DNA from: a bacterium
Lineage (GTDB): Bacteria > UBA10199 > 2-02-FULL-50-16 > JAJFLM01
Length of the DNA: 64,000 nucleotides
Reading direction: 5' to 3'
Assembly: GCA_965216315.1 (NCBI GenBank)
Contig: CBDCFN010000016.1
Span: forward strand, 1,344,001-1,408,000
Positions 61,484 through 64,000 of this stretch are shown piece by piece. The first letter of the stretch is position 1. Every line of letters begins with the position of its first letter. Both the position numbers and the translations under genes were made by a program. The notes under the pieces are model-generated. The model did not search any database. It was not told the DNA's origin and saw only the letters and a list, made by a program, of their open reading frames with translations.

Positions 61484-63562
61484 ATGTCGCCGCCTATCGA
61501 GACATCGGAAGCTCGCTATCAAGCGAGTCCGCTCTCACTGGAGCACGCCATCAAACAGGCTCAGGACCAGATTCTGGCGCAACAAGCGCCGGACGGTTAC
61601 TGGTGGTATACGCTCCAGGCCAACGAAACCATCGGCAGTGGTACTATCATGCTGCACCACTTTCTCGATTGTGTCGATCCCGCCGTTGAAGCCGGTTTGT
61701 GCCGACGACTGTTGGATGAACAAGCGGATGATGGCTCATGGAATCTATCTCATGGAGCCACCGGCGATCTCTCGGCCACGATTGAAGCCTATCTGGCCTT
61801 ACGCCTCGCCGGGTACCAAAAAGATCACGCCGCACTCGAAAAGGCCCGCCGATTCATTCTATCCAGAGGCGGCCTGAGTCAAATGCGTGTCTTCTCACGC
61901 ATCCATCTCGCGCTCTTCGGCTTAATACCTTGGAGTGCGTGCCCGGCGATGCCCACGTGGCTTATTTTTATGCCGCTGTGGACACGCTTTTCGATCTATG
62001 AATTTTCGAGTTGGGCCCGCGCATCCATTGTTCCTCTGCTGATTATCATGGATAAAAAACCGGTACGACCGGTGACGTTTGATCTCAACGAATTATCAGC
62101 GCACCCATTGAATGAAAACGATTGGCAGCTGCAAGCCCAATCTAAGGGATTAAGTTGGGAACGCTTTTTTATCGTCGTTGACCGGATCTTGAAGTTGATC
62201 GAAAAATTACCGTGGCATCCGGGCAAAAAATGGGCGGCTAAGGCCTGTGAGTCCTGGGTGCGCGATCACCTCGCCCGTACAGAAGACATTTACCCTGCTT
62301 TGGCCTATGGAGCGATGGCCCTGGGAGCCATGGGGTATTCGACTCGTGATCCCCATTTGAACAAGGCCTTGGCGGCCTTGAAAAAATTTCAGCAAATCTA
62401 TGTCGGCGAGCTTCCTGAAAACAGCGACCCCATCAGCCTCTCACATCCCATTGAAAACCATCCGGTCAATACGACATTGGCTCACCCGGTTGATTCCGCC
62501 AGTATTCGTATCCATCAACAATGCTGTATCTCACCGTTATGGGATACTCCCTGGAACATTACCGCACTGCTCGCCTCGGGAATACCGAGTAACGATGCCC
62601 GCATGCAAAAAGCCGCGCGTTATTTGATTCAACATCAAATTAAGGAATTTAAAGGTGATTGGGCCGTCAAGCGGCCTCGCTCCAATGCAGGTGGCTGGGC
62701 CTTTGAATTTGAAAATGATTTTTTTCCTGACGTGGATGACACGATTCAAATACTCAATATCTTAAAAGATGTGGAATTACCCGAATCAGAAACCAAACTT
62801 GCGATGGCACGCGGACTGAGCTGGCTCTACGCGATGCAATCGGACAATGGAGGCTGGGCTGCATTTGATGTCGACAATACAGCCAACTGGGTGAATAAGA
62901 TCCCCTTCTCTGATCATGGCGCCTGCCAGGACCCTCCCACCGCGGATATCACCGGGCGCATGATCGGTCTCCTCGCCCAATTTGGAGCCAATCTGGCCGA
63001 CCCGGTTGTCAGGAAAGCTTTGCATTTCATCGAGTCCGACCAGCACGTCAGTGATGACCCGGCACTCACGCATTACATCAAAGGCTCCCACAATATGGCG
63101 CCCACGCGTCAATTTGGGGCGTGGTGGGGTCGCTGGGGAGTTAACTATCTCTACGGAACCTGGTGCGTTCTTAGTGGATTGAATAAAGTCGGCATTCCCA
63201 AAGAACATGCCATGATACAACGCGCGGTTGCCTGGCTAAAGGCCGTCCAGTGCAGCGATGGGGGTTGGGGAGAATCCTGTAATGGCTATCTCAAGGATCA
63301 TTTTCTCACTTTAGATCACGGCGTCCCTTCTCAGACCGCTTGGGCCCTGTTAGCCCTGATCGCGGCCGGCGAACATGAGAGTCCCGCCGTGCGACGCGGA
63401 ATTGATTTTCTGCTGCAAAATCAAAATGACGAAGGCGTTTGGGATGAGCCCGAACATACGGGTACCGGTTTTCCCGGACATTTCTACTTACGCTATCATG
63501 GCTATCGTCACTATTTTCCCCTCTTAGCCTTAGGAACCTATCAGCATGTCGAAACCAGCTAA
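61484..63562 (+). CDS. shc: Squalene-hopene cyclase
   Basis: QW repeats, SPLWDT, PDVDDT (DxDD), WWGRWGVNY, TGTGFPGHFYLRYH. Confidence 0.95.
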   Translation: MSPPIETSEARYQASPLSLEHAIKQAQDQILAQQAPDGYWWYTLQANETIGSGTIMLHHFLDCVDPAVEAGLCRRLLDEQADDGSWNLSHGATGDLSATIEAYLALRLAGYQKDHAALEKARRFILSRGGLSQMRVFSRIHLALFGLIPWSACPAMPTWLIFMPLWTRFSIYEFSSWARASIVPLLIIMDKKPVRPVTFDLNELSAHPLNENDWQLQAQSKGLSWERFFIVVDRILKLIEKLPWHPGKKWAAKACESWVRDHLARTEDIYPALAYGAMALGAMGYSTRDPHLNKALAALKKFQQIYVGELPENSDPISLSHPIENHPVNTTLAHPVDSASIRIHQQCCISPLWDTPWNITALLASGIPSNDARMQKAARYLIQHQIKEFKGDWAVKRPRSNAGGWAFEFENDFFPDVDDTIQILNILKDVELPESETKLAMARGLSWLYAMQSDNGGWAAFDVDNTANWVNKIPFSDHGACQDPPTADITGRMIGLLAQFGANLADPVVRKALHFIESDQHVSDDPALTHYIKGSHNMAPTRQFGAWWGRWGVNYLYGTWCVLSGLNKVGIPKEHAMIQRAVAWLKAVQCSDGGWGESCNGYLKDHFLTLDHGVPSQTAWALLALIAAGEHESPAVRRGIDFLLQNQNDEGVWDEPEHTGTGFPGHFYLRYHGYRHYFPLLALGTYQHVETS

Positions 63563-64000
63563 GATCGCACTCGTCACCGGAGGCATTAAAGGAACCGGGC
63601 GTGAAATCATTAGACAGTTTATTGAGCGTGGCGTGCATGTGGTGACGAACTATCGCAAGGATAAAGCCAGCGCTGACGCCTTTGTCGCCGAGTTTGGGTC
63701 GGAAAATATCCACGTCATGCAGGCGGATCTTGGCGACATCGAACAAGTTCATGCTTTATTTAATTTTGTTGAGGAAAAATACGGGGCTCTCGACTATTTT
63801 ATAGCCAATGCCGCCGCGACGGCCTTCAAACCATTACTTGAGATCAAACCCCATCATATAGAGAAAACCTTTGCGATCACCGTCACCGCTTTTGTCGTCG
63901 CTTGTCAACATTGCGCGAAACTGATGGAAGGCCGTGATGGAAAAATTGTAGCGATATCAGGCTATGATACGCACACCTTCTTGCCGCGCCATGGCGTCCT
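63546..64000 (+). CDS. Short-chain dehydrogenase/reductase, FabL-like (3' truncated; absent from the ORF track)
   Basis: MSKPAKIALVTGGIKGTG Rossmann motif, QADLGD, LDYFIANAA; overlaps the shc stop. Confidence 0.85.
   Translation, partial: MSKPAKIALVTGGIKGTGREIIRQFIERGVHVVTNYRKDKASADAFVAEFGSENIHVMQADLGDIEQVHALFNFVEEKYGALDYFIANAAATAFKPLLEIKPHHIEKTFAITVTAFVVACQHCAKLMEGRDGKIVAISGYDTHTFLPRHGV

Overview
Core-chromosome segment of a moderate-GC bacterium. Gene order (tilS-ftsH-folP-glmM-pdxJ-nnr-tsaE-lysC-cimA; argS-SPOR-RHH-lepA-lepB-pyrRBC-carAB), a Myxococcota-type membrane Ser/Thr kinase and a GGxCS-type C-terminal sorting signal suggest a deltaproteobacterial-grade lineage (inference). It holds about 55 genes, mostly housekeeping, plus one initiator tRNA-Met. 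The window appears to span the replication terminus: a 28-bp dif site at 39272-39299 lies close to where coding polarity flips from mainly + to mainly -. It is neighboured by xerD, scpA/scpB, a histone H1-like (KATKR)22 protein and convergent speB/speA. Most notable: (1) three families of short palindromic repeats are inserted in frame inside at least six conserved proteins (acyl-CoA synthetase, MtaB, amidase, MiaB, TrmB, ArgS), one 69-bp family showing a compensatory base change; (2) the 3' UTR of the histone-like gene is complementary to its own RBS and start codon; (3) an accessory block at 25.1-31.9 kb has two convergent sigma54-driven units (a 1583-aa Cys-rich surface protein; a 374-aa orphan followed by a DUF4160/DUF2442 pair); (4) several operon heads look leaderless. 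No CRISPR, rRNA, transposase or prophage was seen. All calls come from reading motifs by eye; no database search was run.
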